A stretch of DNA of 64,000 nt from Eledone cirrhosa (taxonomy: Eukaryota). Below the pieces are notes generated by a model, which was not told the DNA's origin, searched no databases, and saw only the letters and a program-made list of their open reading frames with translations. A program made the position numbers and the translations under genes. Positions 1-12,654 of the stretch are shown here, one piece after another; position 1 is the first letter of the stretch, and every line of letters begins with the position of its first letter. Location: the NCBI GenBank assembly GCA_964016885.1, contig OZ024745.1:125302001-125366000 (forward strand). Direction: 5' to 3'.

Positions 1-33
1 GTTCGTAATTATCATTATTATTATTATTTTCAA

Positions 34-622
34 GGTGGTTTGGCAGTAATCGGTAGAGCACATACACCATGCTTTGCAGCACAGAGTTCTGGCCCTTTGC
101 GGTCTGAGTTCAAATCTTGTCGAGGTTAATTTTGCCTTTCATCTTTACGGGGTCGATAAAATAAAGTACCAGTAATGCACTGGGATAATTGCTGGCCTTG
201 CGCCAAAATTAAAAACAATTATTATTCGTTTAAAGTGCGGTGGATTGGCAGTATTGCTAGAGCGTCAGACACCATGCTTTGCAGCATAGAGTTATGGCCT
301 TTTAGGTTCTGAGTTCAAATCTCTCCGATGTTAGCTTTGATTTTCATCCTTACGAGGTCAATAAAATAAAGCGCCAGCAATGCATTGGGGTAATTGCCAA
401 AAGTAGAATCAATTAATATTATTTTTGTATTGACCGGTGGATTGGCAGTATCGGTAGAGGGTTGGACGCCATGCTTTGCAGCACAGTTACGTCCCTTTAC
501 GGACTGAGTTCAAATCCCGCCGAGGTTAACTTTGCCTTTCATCCTTACGGGGTCGATAAAATAAAGTAGCAGTAATATACTGGGATAATTGCTGGCCTTG
601 TGCCAAAAAGTTGAAACAATTA
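34..622 (+). mobile_element. Three head-to-tail copies of tRNA-derived SINE family A (~34-222, 239-415, 436-622)
   Basis: Each has A-box-like TGGCAGTATCGG, B-box GAGTTCAAATCC, core TTTGCCTTTCATCCTTACGGGGTCGATAAAATAAAGTACCAG (resembles the Meta-SINE domain from memory) and an ATT tail. Confidence 0.9.
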
Positions 623-1082
623 ATTTTGTATTGGCCGTCGGACTGAGAAGGTTAATTTTCAAGATTTTGCATTGAATTAATTATTGTAGTTTTTGGAGAC
701 AAAGCGTTCATAAGATATCCGTCTTTTTCCCGTGTAAAGGTGACCCCACAATATTTGGGCTTTTCGGCCCGAATATTTGAACTTTATTATTTTTTTTTAA
801 AATATATTTTCCTTAAAAAAAAACATGGACGAGACACACACCCTCAAGTTAAGTCACAGCAACTTAAACGTCGAGCGGAGTGATACCGCCCCTCCACAAC
901 CATTACAAACACCAGCACAAACAACAAAATCAATGACAATAACAATACCAACAACAGTGAAAACACTAATGAGAACAAAAATGACAACAACACCAACAAC
1001 AGCAGTAACAGCGACAAAAACACCAACTTGAACAACAACATTATGCATATATGGAATACACATTCACACACAGATATATATA

Positions 1083-1119
<37 letters not shown>

Positions 1120-1373
1120 GGAATAGAATGAAACGAAATTTCATGTCTGACTCTTAGTACGGCACTTACTTAAATGTAAGTATGCATGTATGTATACGTA
1201 CATGCATATATGTATACAGACTACAGTAGTATGTATATACATACATGCACACATATATATATGCACGTATCGGTTTACCGAACATTTATTATAAACAAAC
1301 AGCCCAAATTACGCCGTACAGTGTTTATATATATTTATTATTATTATAGATATTTATTAAAATAACAGATTAA

Positions 1374-1424
1374 AGTTTAAACAAAGAATCGCTGCTTTCA
1401 CCCTTAACGGGATCTTCTGAAACT
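1374..1424 (-). ncRNA. Degenerate type I hammerhead ribozyme
   Basis: AGUUU-CAGAAGA-UCCC GUUAA GGGU-GAAA-GCA..UGU-UU-AAACU; core U4 mutated; 3' half repeated on + at ~3095-3150 and partly at 20955-20990. Confidence 0.6.
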
Positions 1425-1435
1425 AACAAAGTCAA

Positions 1436-1740
1436 TATATATATAAATTTTGAATATTTGTTGGTTGTATACCAATACCTCAGTATGCAGATTAGAGCAC
1501 TCGACGAGATGCGCAGGTTGGTTTGGTTACTCCGGAGTAATGTAAAATAAACTAAAATAAATAAGTCAAATATTTAAAATTTGGCTTCGTTTATTACTGC
1601 TATATATATTTCGGTTACAGCCACCTTTGGCTGTGACCTCTTCAGGCAGTCCGAATTAGTGTGGTAGAGACGAGTACACATGTTGTTGAGGTGTTTAACT
1701 TTGTCAATACTCTGATATGCCCAGTTCCTGGTTGGGTTAT

Positions 1741-1745
<5 letters not shown>
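1436..1745 (-). mobile_element. Short HHR-bearing PLE-derived module between (TA)n tracts
   Basis: 1440-1660 is the inverted copy of 6140-6360; contains an intact HHR. Confidence 0.75.
1596..1650 (-). ncRNA. Type I hammerhead ribozyme, intact core
   Basis: ACUGC-CUGAAGA-GGUcACAGCCA aagg UGGCUGUaACC-GAAA-UAUAUAU-A-GCAGU. Confidence 0.9.
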
Positions 1746-1808
<63 letters not shown>

Positions 1809-1930
1809 AACCAGTAAGACCCCGACAGCTGAGCTCAAGCCATTTCGACATGAGTACTTTGGTGTGACATGGTCCACCTTGTATCTTACCACATGCCCTT
1901 TGTTATATATATGTATGTGTGAGTGTGTGT

Positions 1931-1961
<31 letters not shown>

Positions 1962-2032
1962 CGTGCATGCGTGCGTGTGTTTATTCTCGTTTATTCTATA
2001 AAGGTAAATTATTATGTTATTATTATTTACAT

Positions 2033-2410
2033 TTTGTGTTCAAATCCCGCTGAGGTTAGCTTTGCCTTTCATTCCAACGGAGTCGAAAAAATAAAGTACC
2101 AGTCACGCACTGAGGTCGATTTAATTGACGTTCCCCTCCCCCAAAATAGCTTGCCTTGTGCCTAAATAAAACGTCATTATTTAGGGCGGTCAATTGGCAG
2201 TATCAGTCGAGGGTCGGACGCCATGCATTGCAGCATAGAGTTACAGTATGTTATGATCTGAGTTCAAATCCCGCCGAGGTTAACTTTACCTTTTATCCTT
2301 ACGGTGTCGATAAAATGAAGCACCAGTAATGCACTGGGGTCGATCAAATCGACTTTCCCCTCCCCATAAATTACTGGCCTTGTGCCTATACTAGAAATCA
2401 TTATTATTAT
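2033..2410 (+). mobile_element. Two tandem SINE A copies (long subfamily)
   Basis: Same core; extra GGGGTCGAT..CCCCTCCCC segment before the 3' end. Confidence 0.85.
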
Positions 2411-3125
2411 TTTTGTTGTTGTTGTTGTTGTTGTTGTTTTTGTCATTGGTGTCGTTGGTATTAAAATTATTATTATATTATCTTTATATACTCTATATGT
2501 AAAATCGATAGGGGTTTATGTATATAAGTTTCCCTCCGTGTTAGTTTGTTTGTCCATGTGTGTGTGTGTATGTATGACACTGTATTTACTGAAAATTAAC
2601 CAAAAGAAAGAATTTTGTGAAGAACGATTTTTTTTATTCAATTTTCTTCTTTGATAGTTTCACACATTTTAAAATACCTGCATCATAGAGAATAATTTGC
2701 AAGGTGATAGTCTTTGAAGTTTAAACTTATTTCATAGTGCATTTCTGCAAGAGAATGCTGGAAACATTGAACCCAGCTGGTTAACACAGAAACGTATTTT
2801 CATAACTAATTGGGAATTCTTTTTTCATCCCGCTTGTTTTTCGTTTCGTTTCGTTTCTTATGATTCATATTTGTTTTTTAGATAAGCCTTGTAAATGTCT
2901 TATATAGACTTTTTTAATCAAAATAGCAAATGTTTTGTTTACAGATATTTCGTGTTTTTCTCTCTTTCTATTTCTCTCTGTGCGTGTATGTGTGTGTGTG
3001 TGCGTGTGTGTATGTGTGTGTATGTGTGTGTGTGTGTGTGTTTGGTTACGTTCTGTATGTACTCACAGACACACAAACACACATATACACATACAGGGTG
3101 AAAGCAGCGATTCTTTGCTTAAACT

Positions 3126-3991
3126 TTAATCTGTTATTTTAATAAATATATATATTGGTGGAAGGGAATCAATGAAGTTCCTAAGACGGTGGGTTTCGCA
3201 AGCGGGGCCTGCTATTATAGGTCTTAATTTGAGATCATTGGGTGAGGGGACATTGATGACTATGTCTGTGGCTTCCTTGCATGCCTTACTTATTAATTCG
3301 CTTTTATGTACTTTAGGGATACCGTAGAAAAGGCTGGATTTACTTGTGAAGTCTGTGATGAAGCTGAATTCCTTGTTAGTGAGTCCTTCTTTGTATTGGT
3401 TGATCAGAGTTTTTAGGTTTCTCATAATTTTCTGTTGATTGTAGTGTTCAGCCATTTCGTAGTATGTTTCGTTTTCCAAAGTGGAGAGCGCTAAGTTGAT
3501 ATAGAATTCTGTCTCCATTAGGACTACTGTACTCCCTTTATCAGCCTCTTTAATTGTAATGGTTCTGTCGGTTTTTAATCTATTTAATTCTTCCCATTCT
3601 TTCTTGTTGAGGTTTGGCTTGTATTTTTGTCTGTGCAAGTGTTGGTAAGGGAAGTTTGTGATGTGTTCACAGAATTCGTCCAGGATCTTATTTCTACCTT
3701 TTGATGGGTGTAATTGCTTCTATTTCTGGCTAATGATTCATCCTCATTGTACTGGTCGAATAGTTCTTCACTGAGTCGTAACTTTCTACAGAAGTCTGTG
3801 ATGTCTTCCTTCATTTCATAGTAGTTAGGACGTAGTGGGGTCGGTGTGAATTTAAGACCTTTGGAGAGTAAGTTGATAAGGTTGGGTGTTGGTTCTGCAC
3901 TAGTTAGATTGATAATTTTAATTACTCTCGGTTTCTCCTCCCTGTCTTGTGTTATTTTGTTTGCCTGTATCTGTGTGCTGTGTCTAAAAAA
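3126..3991 (-). pseudogene. Penelope-like element RT, N-terminal part (frameshifted near 3705, 3'-truncated)
   Basis: IINLTS..LLSKGLKFTPTP, CRKLRL, IKEADKGSTVVLM, FYGIPKVHK and LRPIIAG are typical PLE RT N-terminal motifs. Confidence 0.9.
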
Positions 3992-4495
3992 TGGTAGGGG
4001 TAGAGGGGTTGTCTGCTGATGTTAAGTGGTCTCCTGTGTTTGTTATATTCCTTCTTGTTGTAAAATGTGGTTCGGGTTTCAGGTTGTAGATTGAATGGGG
4101 TGTTCCTGTATTGCGAGTATGGATGTGTGTTTCTATGTGCCATGTTGGATTGTGGTATTATAGGTGGCCTTTGTTGTTGGTTGTATCGTGTGGTGTGGGT
4201 TTGTTGTGTATTGTGGAAGCGAGAGTTGAGAAAATGGAAATGACCTTGCTGTCCCCTTGAAGCGGGGAAGTTGTTACATCTATCATGGTGGTGCTATCTT
4301 TTCCCTATGTTTGACGATGAGGCATCCGCGTAGTAGTTGAGTGATCTGGTATAGTGTCTCCTTGAAGGGGGAAAGTTGTAAATGTCATTCTGGGGAAGAT
4401 GATTTCTATGGTTTTTGTTCCTTCTTATGGTAGCGAGGTTGGGAAGTTCATCTTCGGTGTGGTGCTTCCTTCTTCTTTTGTTAGTGGCTTTTGTT
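3952..4495 (-). pseudogene. Low-complexity basic ORF1-like region of the same PLE
   Basis: R/N/H/P-rich frame ending HFLDTAHRYRQTK*; overlaps the RT frame in -1. Confidence 0.55.
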
Positions 4496-5371
4496 ATATA
4501 TATAATACATACATACTAACAGATGTATGTATTATATATATATAAGATAAAAGAGAAAACACAGGGAAGCATTAAAAGAAGGATTTTATCCAGATATTTA
4601 CGACTGTTTCATTGGTAACTGCAACCTTATATTGCTATACTGCAAATATCAGCCACTCAATAATAATTGTTGTTCACGTCCAAATTTTCAAAATAGTGAA
4701 TAAGTTGTTCTTAACAAGTTCTTAATATATAGAAAAACATTTTTTTGGAATTGTATTTACTAGTATAGAGAGAAAGGAAGAGGAATTAGAAAGTGGATTG
4801 ACAAACGGAGTGGTATAGAGAGAGGTGAAGGGGTAGAAGAATTAGGAAGTAGAGTGACAAACTGAGATGGAGGGAGGGTAGAGGTGGAAGGATTCCTCGA
4901 TCAGTTTTGATTCGTAGACTTCATGTCGTCGATTTACAGTGTAGGGAGTTAAAGAGAATTAAATTGTTTATAGTTGGAGGGATGGAGAAAGAGAGAGAGG
5001 GGGGAGATAGAGAGATAAATATACATATAAAAAATAAAAATAAATATATATATATAAAATTAATATATATATATATAAATAAAAATAAATATATATATAT
5101 AAATTGGAAAATGGATGAAATTCTTGGTACAGTTATGTATATTTAAAAAAAGGAAATTAATGACTTCACTTGTAGTTCTAAACAACTTCATTTAATTTTA
5201 TTATATTATGATTTGGTAGATCTAGTAAGTTCGTTGTTAACTTCGGTGGGAAGATGTTTAAATATTCCTGGTTAACTTTCCTGGAGAACTTTCTCGCATT
5301 CGTCGGTGGCGATTGTCGAAGTGTGATCAGGTTGTGTTATGATGAGTGACTCTATATATGAGAGATATAGG

Positions 5372-5451
<80 letters not shown>

Positions 5452-5477
5452 ACATACATATTTATATATTTATATAT

Positions 5478-5784
5478 GTAGAAGTTCTATTTAAATTGTT
5501 GGGATACAACAAGGAAATATTTTTATAACTGATATAAAGCACTCAACAAATTATTGGAGTAAAAATACAATATATTAACAAATGGAAACTATATTTATAA
5601 AACCATATTTATTTCATTATACATATTTCAAGGACACCCAGTTAAATTATGGTGTGCTTTCATCAGATAAAATATAATATAGATCAGTTTTATAAATAAA
5701 TATTGACATACCCTTAAAGAATGCGACCATTTCTGTTGGAGGCTCCGGGAGCTTCCAACAGAAATGGTCGCATTATTTAAGGGT

Positions 5785-5786
<2 letters not shown>
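5478..5786 (-). mobile_element. HHR-bearing module with 5' hairpin
   Basis: 5478-5690 is an inverted copy of 6525-6728; bounded by (TA)n; 26-bp hairpin at 5720-5774. Confidence 0.75.
5610..5674 (-). ncRNA. Type I hammerhead ribozyme
   Basis: UAUUUUAU-CUGAUGA-AAGcACACC..GGUGUcCUU-GAAA-UAUGUAU-A-AUGAAAUA. Confidence 0.85.
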
Positions 5787-5836
<50 letters not shown>

Positions 5837-5844
5837 TATATATA

Positions 5845-5924
<80 letters not shown>
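5787..5924. repeat. (TA)n microsatellite
   Basis: Direct reading. Confidence 0.95.
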
Positions 5925-5926
<2 letters not shown>

Positions 5927-6150
5927 AACATTTAACTCTGATGATCTGATTAGGATAACAACGTATTTAAAATTGAGTGGCGCTGCTTCAAGAGTTCAGC
6001 AAATTTTTAGACAACTTAATCAGTGAAACAAATAAAACCCTTTTTTGGGGACTGTTGAACATGTTATTCTTCAATCTTTCAATATATATACAAACATATA
6101 TATACATACACACACACACATATTTATACATATATATATAACTAATTCGG

Positions 6151-6205
6151 ACTGCCTGAACAGGTGACAGCCAAAGCTGGCTGTCACCGAAATATATATA
6201 GCAGT
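6151..6205 (+). ncRNA. Type I hammerhead ribozyme, core G8>C (probably inactive)
   Basis: ACUGC-CUGAACA-GGUGACAGCCA aagc UGGCUGUCACC-GAAA-UAUAUAU-A-GCAGU. Confidence 0.8.
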
Positions 6206-6474
6206 AATAAACGAAGCCAAATTTTAAATATTTGACTTATTTATTTTATTTCATTTTACATTACTCCGGAGTAACCAAACCAACCTGCGCACTCCGCCGA
6301 GTGCTCCAATCTGCATACTGAGGTGTTGGTATACAACCAACATACACTCAAAATGTATATATACATATATATATACACTATATATATATATCACTATCAC
6401 TATATATATATACACTATATATATACACTATATATATATATATATATATATATCACATCACTATATATACATAC

Positions 6475-6508
<34 letters not shown>

Positions 6509-6535
6509 TACCCTGATGTCTTCTGGTATATATTG

Positions 6536-6600
6536 TATTTTGTCTGATGAAAGCATACCATAATTTAACATGGTATCCTTGAAATATGTATAATAAAATA
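6536..6600 (+). ncRNA. Type I hammerhead ribozyme
   Basis: UAUUUUGU-CUGAUGA-AAGcAUACCAU..AUGGUAUcCUU-GAAA-UAUGUAU-A-AUAAAAUA. Confidence 0.88.
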
Positions 6601-6727
6601 GATATGGTTTTATAAATATAGTTTCCATTTGTTAATATCGTATATTTACTCCAAATACTTGTCGAGTGCTTTATATCAGTTATAAAAATATTTGCTTGTT
6701 GTATCCCAACAATTTAAATAGAACTTT

Positions 6728-6784
<57 letters not shown>

Positions 6785-7228
6785 AGGGGATGTTTATGAA
6801 TGAGAGAGAAGCATAATGCTTTTGTTAAGCGTAAATTAATGTTCATAAATATCATCTGGAGTGATACATTATTTGAGGCGTAAAATATGTTAAATGAAGG
6901 TTTAACTTCATTATACATTATTGTATGGACCGAGTCATGTAGAACAGTGACAAAATAATAAAGGTAAAATCTATGTATAACTGATACAATATGTATTGGC
7001 TAATTAGTATTCATCTTCAACGAACCTCTTATTTGAGAAAAGGCGCATTTCTCTATCAAAATATATTGAAAGAATGATATAAATATAAGTATAATAAAAC
7101 TATATTGATAGCTTGTCGATTATGGAAAAAAGAACTGTAACGTATATATCATCTTATTGTTTATTTTTCTTTTATTTTGTAAAATTATTCCTACATTATT
7201 TAAGTGAATATTATTTTAATATCTCCTC

Positions 7229-7339
<111 letters not shown>

Positions 7340-7588
7340 GAGAGATACAGAGAGAGACAGAGATAACTATATGTGTATATCTACCCATATATATATGTGT
7401 GTGTATGTGTGTATGTAAGTGTGCGTGCGTTTGGGAATGTGTGTTTTTATGTGGTCCTTCAAACAATTGAAATTTCTTTTCAATCGACTTTAGTTTCTAC
7501 TTTAAATTAGTGAAGAGTATATTAAGATATTAAGACTGCTACGCACCTGATATCTCATATATTGGAAGGATTATTGGAAGTCCTTCAG

Positions 7589-7978
<390 letters not shown>

Positions 7979-8061
7979 AGTTATTCCGGGTTGAATCGGA
8001 GGTAATCACAGTAAGTAAGGTACTCAATACATAGCAGAGTATAGAAGTTTTAATATAGAAG

Positions 8062-8112
8062 AGCTTCTCCAGGACTAGAACTGTTTCATTCGTGATAAAT
8101 CATCAGAAGGCT
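8062..8112 (-). ncRNA. Degenerate hammerhead ribozyme
   Basis: CUGAUGA-UUUAUCACGAAU-GAAA-CAG..CUG-GA-GAAGCU; cleavage triplet mutated; same family as 10915 and 11423. Confidence 0.6.
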
Positions 8113-8660
8113 GGCTGTCCATGTAAATGGGGGTATTTATATATTTCCTTATCTGGTGATAGGAGAGGATGGGGATTGGGTTAGGTGGAGGTCATTGGTT
8201 GAAAGATTTAAAGAAAAGGGAGTTCATTAAAAGCTAATTCTTAAAAGCTATAATATTAACAAAGGTAGAAAGAATACTGTAAACAAATTCAAAATTAGAA
8301 TACCAATCGTTGTTTATCACTTAGACTAACAATGCCTGTAAGACAGGTGTCTACAGGATGGGTGGGGTTCAATGGTTTAAAGAAAAGGGAAATTCTCTAG
8401 AAGCTAATTCTTTAAGGCTGAAATAAGGGTGACAAGGTCAGAAAGGGTTCCATCAACAGATTAAGTGTAGGGGTGAGACCTCTTATTGTGAAGTTACTCT
8501 TATTATATATTCGAGGTGTCGACAAACCCATTCACGCACGCGCCCACTTACACACGTACACACATACTCGCACGCGCACACAGGCACACACACAACTAAC
8601 ATACATAATGGTACATACATACGCATACATATATATATACATCTAAATACATATATATAT

Positions 8661-8716
<56 letters not shown>

Positions 8717-8906
8717 ATATATATACATACATATACACATATATACGCACACGCACACACGCTCTCGTGCGTACACTCGTACACACACACATATATATAT
8801 ATATGTAGGAATGAAGTAATTCCGTCGGAAAGCTACAGGAAAAAAGAGTGCTCTATGTATGTTACAGAGCTTATTAGTGATGTAATAAACAACATAAGAT
8901 AATTAT

Positions 8907-8964
8907 TTCACTTACCAGTAGTTTCTTGATAGCAAATAAATCTGCTTTCAGTCGTCAGAATGAA
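8907..8964 (-). ncRNA. Type I hammerhead ribozyme
   Basis: UUCAUU-CUGACGA-cUGAAAGCAG..UUGCUAUCAa-GAAA-CUACUGGU-A-AGUGAA. Confidence 0.7.
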
Positions 8965-9020
8965 TAAAAACATGGTGTTTTTATTAAAATCCACATTTAA
9001 TAAAAACACCATGTTTTTTA

Positions 9021-9078
9021 TTCATTCTGACGACTGAAAGCACATTTATTTCCTTTCAAGAAAGCACTGGTAAATGAA
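9021..9078 (+). ncRNA. Type I hammerhead ribozyme (stem III damaged)
   Basis: UUCAUU-CUGACGA-cUGAAAG..CUUUCAa-GAAA-GCACUGGU-A-AAUGAA. Confidence 0.6.
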
Positions 9079-9315
9079 ATAACTATCTTATGTTATTCAT
9101 TACATAACTATATATATATATATTATATATTTTTTTTTTACATATATATATAAGTATTGAAGTTTCCGTTGAAAATTGAAAAAAAGTCATAGGAGTGAAG
9201 AGTACCCTATGTAAGTTACAGAGCTAAATTTAATATATACTAAACAATACAATATAATTACCTCATTACCAGAGGTTTCGCGAATAAGACGAATACAAGA
9301 AACGTTCGTCAGATT

Positions 9316-10462
<1,147 letters not shown>

Positions 10463-10538
10463 CTCGCCCTCTCTATATATATAATATGTATATATGTATA
10501 TATATATATATATTAGTGGTTACACAACAGTTAGTTCA

Positions 10539-10588
10539 CCATACCGAGAACAATTGTTTCACCTTAACGGATCCTCAGCTCGTAATGG
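10539..10588 (-). ncRNA. Minimal type I hammerhead ribozyme
   Basis: CCAUuaCGAG-CUGAGGA-UCC GUUAA GGU-GAAA-CAAUUGU-U-CUCGguAUGG. Confidence 0.85.
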
Positions 10589-10610
10589 ACATGGTTCCGT
10601 ATAACCATGT

Positions 10611-10660
10611 CCATTACGAGCTGAGGATCCGCTAAGGTGAAACAATTGTTCTCGGTATGG
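10611..10660 (+). ncRNA. Minimal type I hammerhead ribozyme
   Basis: CCAUuaCGAG-CUGAGGA-UCC GCUAA GGU-GAAA-CAAUUGU-U-CUCGguAUGG; palindromic stem III ACAAUUGU. Confidence 0.85.
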
Positions 10661-10758
10661 TGAACTAACTGTTGTGTAACCACTTCTACCTAACTCGTCC
10701 CATGCACTGAGTGCTCTACCACTTCGGAGGCTATCTTCCAGTGTTCTACCACTATATA

Positions 10759-10800
<42 letters not shown>

Positions 10801-10914
10801 GCGTGAAACCAAAAACCATATCTCTTGTGCTGCATCTCTGTTTTTTCATATACCCCACCCTCTCTTACCACCAGATAAAGAAAGATATAAATACTACCAT
10901 TTACTTGGACAGCC

Positions 10915-10965
10915 AGCTTCCTGATGATTTCTCACGAATTAAACAGTTCTATTCCTGTAGAAGCT
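10915..10965 (+). ncRNA. Hammerhead ribozyme with G12>U (probably inactive)
   Basis: AGCUUC-CUGAUGA-uUUC ucac GAAu-UAAA-CAG..CUGU-A-GAAGCU. Confidence 0.7.
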
Positions 10966-10979
10966 CTTCTATATTAAAA

Positions 10980-11014
<35 letters not shown>

Positions 11015-11020
11015 TATAGT

Positions 11021-11070
<50 letters not shown>

Positions 11071-11075
11071 TATAC

Positions 11076-11130
<55 letters not shown>

Positions 11131-11156
11131 TATATATATTATATATATAATATATT

Positions 11157-11187
<31 letters not shown>

Positions 11188-11202
11188 TATATATAATATA
11201 TA

Positions 11203-11271
<69 letters not shown>

Positions 11272-11294
11272 ATGTATATATAGATATGTATACT

Positions 11295-11384
<90 letters not shown>

Positions 11385-11422
11385 ATATATATATATATAT
11401 ATATATACTTTTAATATAGAAG

Positions 11423-11473
11423 AGCTTCTACAGGAATAGAACTGTTTAATTCGTGAGAAATCATCAGGAAGCT
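11423..11473 (-). ncRNA. Inverted identical copy of the 10915 hammerhead
   Basis: 11407-11490 is the reverse complement of 10898-10981. Confidence 0.7.
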
Positions 11474-11487
11474 GGCTGTCCAAGTAA

Positions 11488-11557
<70 letters not shown>

Positions 11558-11639
11558 CTCATTCCTTTAAATTTCAACATGGATTTTAAAGTCTGAATAT
11601 ATGCATTCTTATATATGTATAAGCATAGGTGTACGAGTA

Positions 11640-12400
11640 AGTACATATGAATCCATTGCTTTACATCTATTAAACATAAATACAACTTGTATTATCGAAA
11701 ATAAAAACATGTGGATTCACTCCAAATGGAGATACCTCCACACTTATAAGCAGAGAACAGGTCTACCTATATGGCCTAGCTAGAATATGGAGCTTGTAAC
11801 ACCTGCCGCTCGTCCCTTCATCAGATATGTGGATGACATAGTCACCTTCATATCTTCCCCTGAAGACGCCAAGAAGATATTTGACACGTTCTCACGTATG
11901 TACGATAATATGTGCTTAAGCATAGAACATGTACAACTCTGGGTCCCTGCTCCTGCTCGATTCCCACCTACGATTAACAGAGTGTTGAGACATTCACAAT
12001 AACATTTACTGTAAAATCGGCCACTGAAAGTTGTTTGCGCATTACAGATCAGCCCTTCCATCTAATGCTAAGAGCGGATACTTTCGGAACGATCTCACAT
12101 TTATAGAGAATATATACAGTGAGACTGAATACCGGCCATCCATACTACACATTTCGTAAAGCTGCTAGAAGCTAATAGATATCTAGGATCCACTTCATTT
12201 TCAGGGCTCTAAGCCCAATGATTATAAGACACTTTACAACACCTATTTCCTGAAGTTGCCACACGTTAATGAAAATATACACATGTTCGTCACAGGGAGT
12301 CACTGGAAATAGAGCTGACGCTTTCCGGCCCCTCACTGTGGAAATACGGTAAAGAAAATTGTTTGAAGACAACAAACTACAATGCAGGCTAGTCAGCTAC
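11640..12400 (+). pseudogene. Decayed RT, probably Penelope-like
   Basis: YKQRTGLPI, then FIRYVDDIVTF..AKKIFDTFS (YxDD catalytic motif). Confidence 0.7.
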
Positions 12401-12549
12401 TTCAACTGCAACACGGATATACATGGTATCCCATACCCAATGCATCAAATTCGGTGAGGTTTTCAACGGCAGCATGATCCAACCACTACACATCCATATC
12501 AAGGTAGACATCAACACAGACACACACACCCTACTTCAAAAGACAAATA

Positions 12550-12654
12550 ATTGTTTATACTTTTAGGCACAAGGCCAGCAATTACCCAGTACATTACTGG
12601 TACTTTATTTTATCGACCCCGTAAGGATGAAAGGCAAAGTTAACCTCGGCGGGA
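12550..12654 (-). mobile_element. 5'-truncated SINE A
   Basis: Reverse complement of SINE A core and tail. Confidence 0.85.

Larger units (their letters stand above)
8875..9110. repeat. Fold-back inverted repeat (~115-bp arms, 7-nt loop) carrying an HHR in each arm
   Basis: Arms 8875-8988 and 8996-9110. Confidence 0.9.
10515..10684. repeat. Near-perfect fold-back palindrome (82-bp arms, 6-nt loop, 1 mismatch)
   Basis: Arms 10515-10596 and 10603-10684. Confidence 0.95.

Noticed and set aside
34-622. tRNA genes
   Set aside because: A/B boxes belong to SINE heads; no complete cloverleaf
825-1071. Thr-rich or hydrophobic ORFs
   Set aside because: Degenerate (AAC)n repeat
4590-4655. HHR-like 3' half (GAAACAGUCGUA) upstream of the PLE ORF
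   Set aside because: Stem I can pair but the CUGANGA box is unrecognisable
9263-9315. Hammerhead with CUGACGA and GAAACC..GGUA
   Set aside because: Stem I is lost at the junction with another element and stem II pairs poorly; not counted as intact
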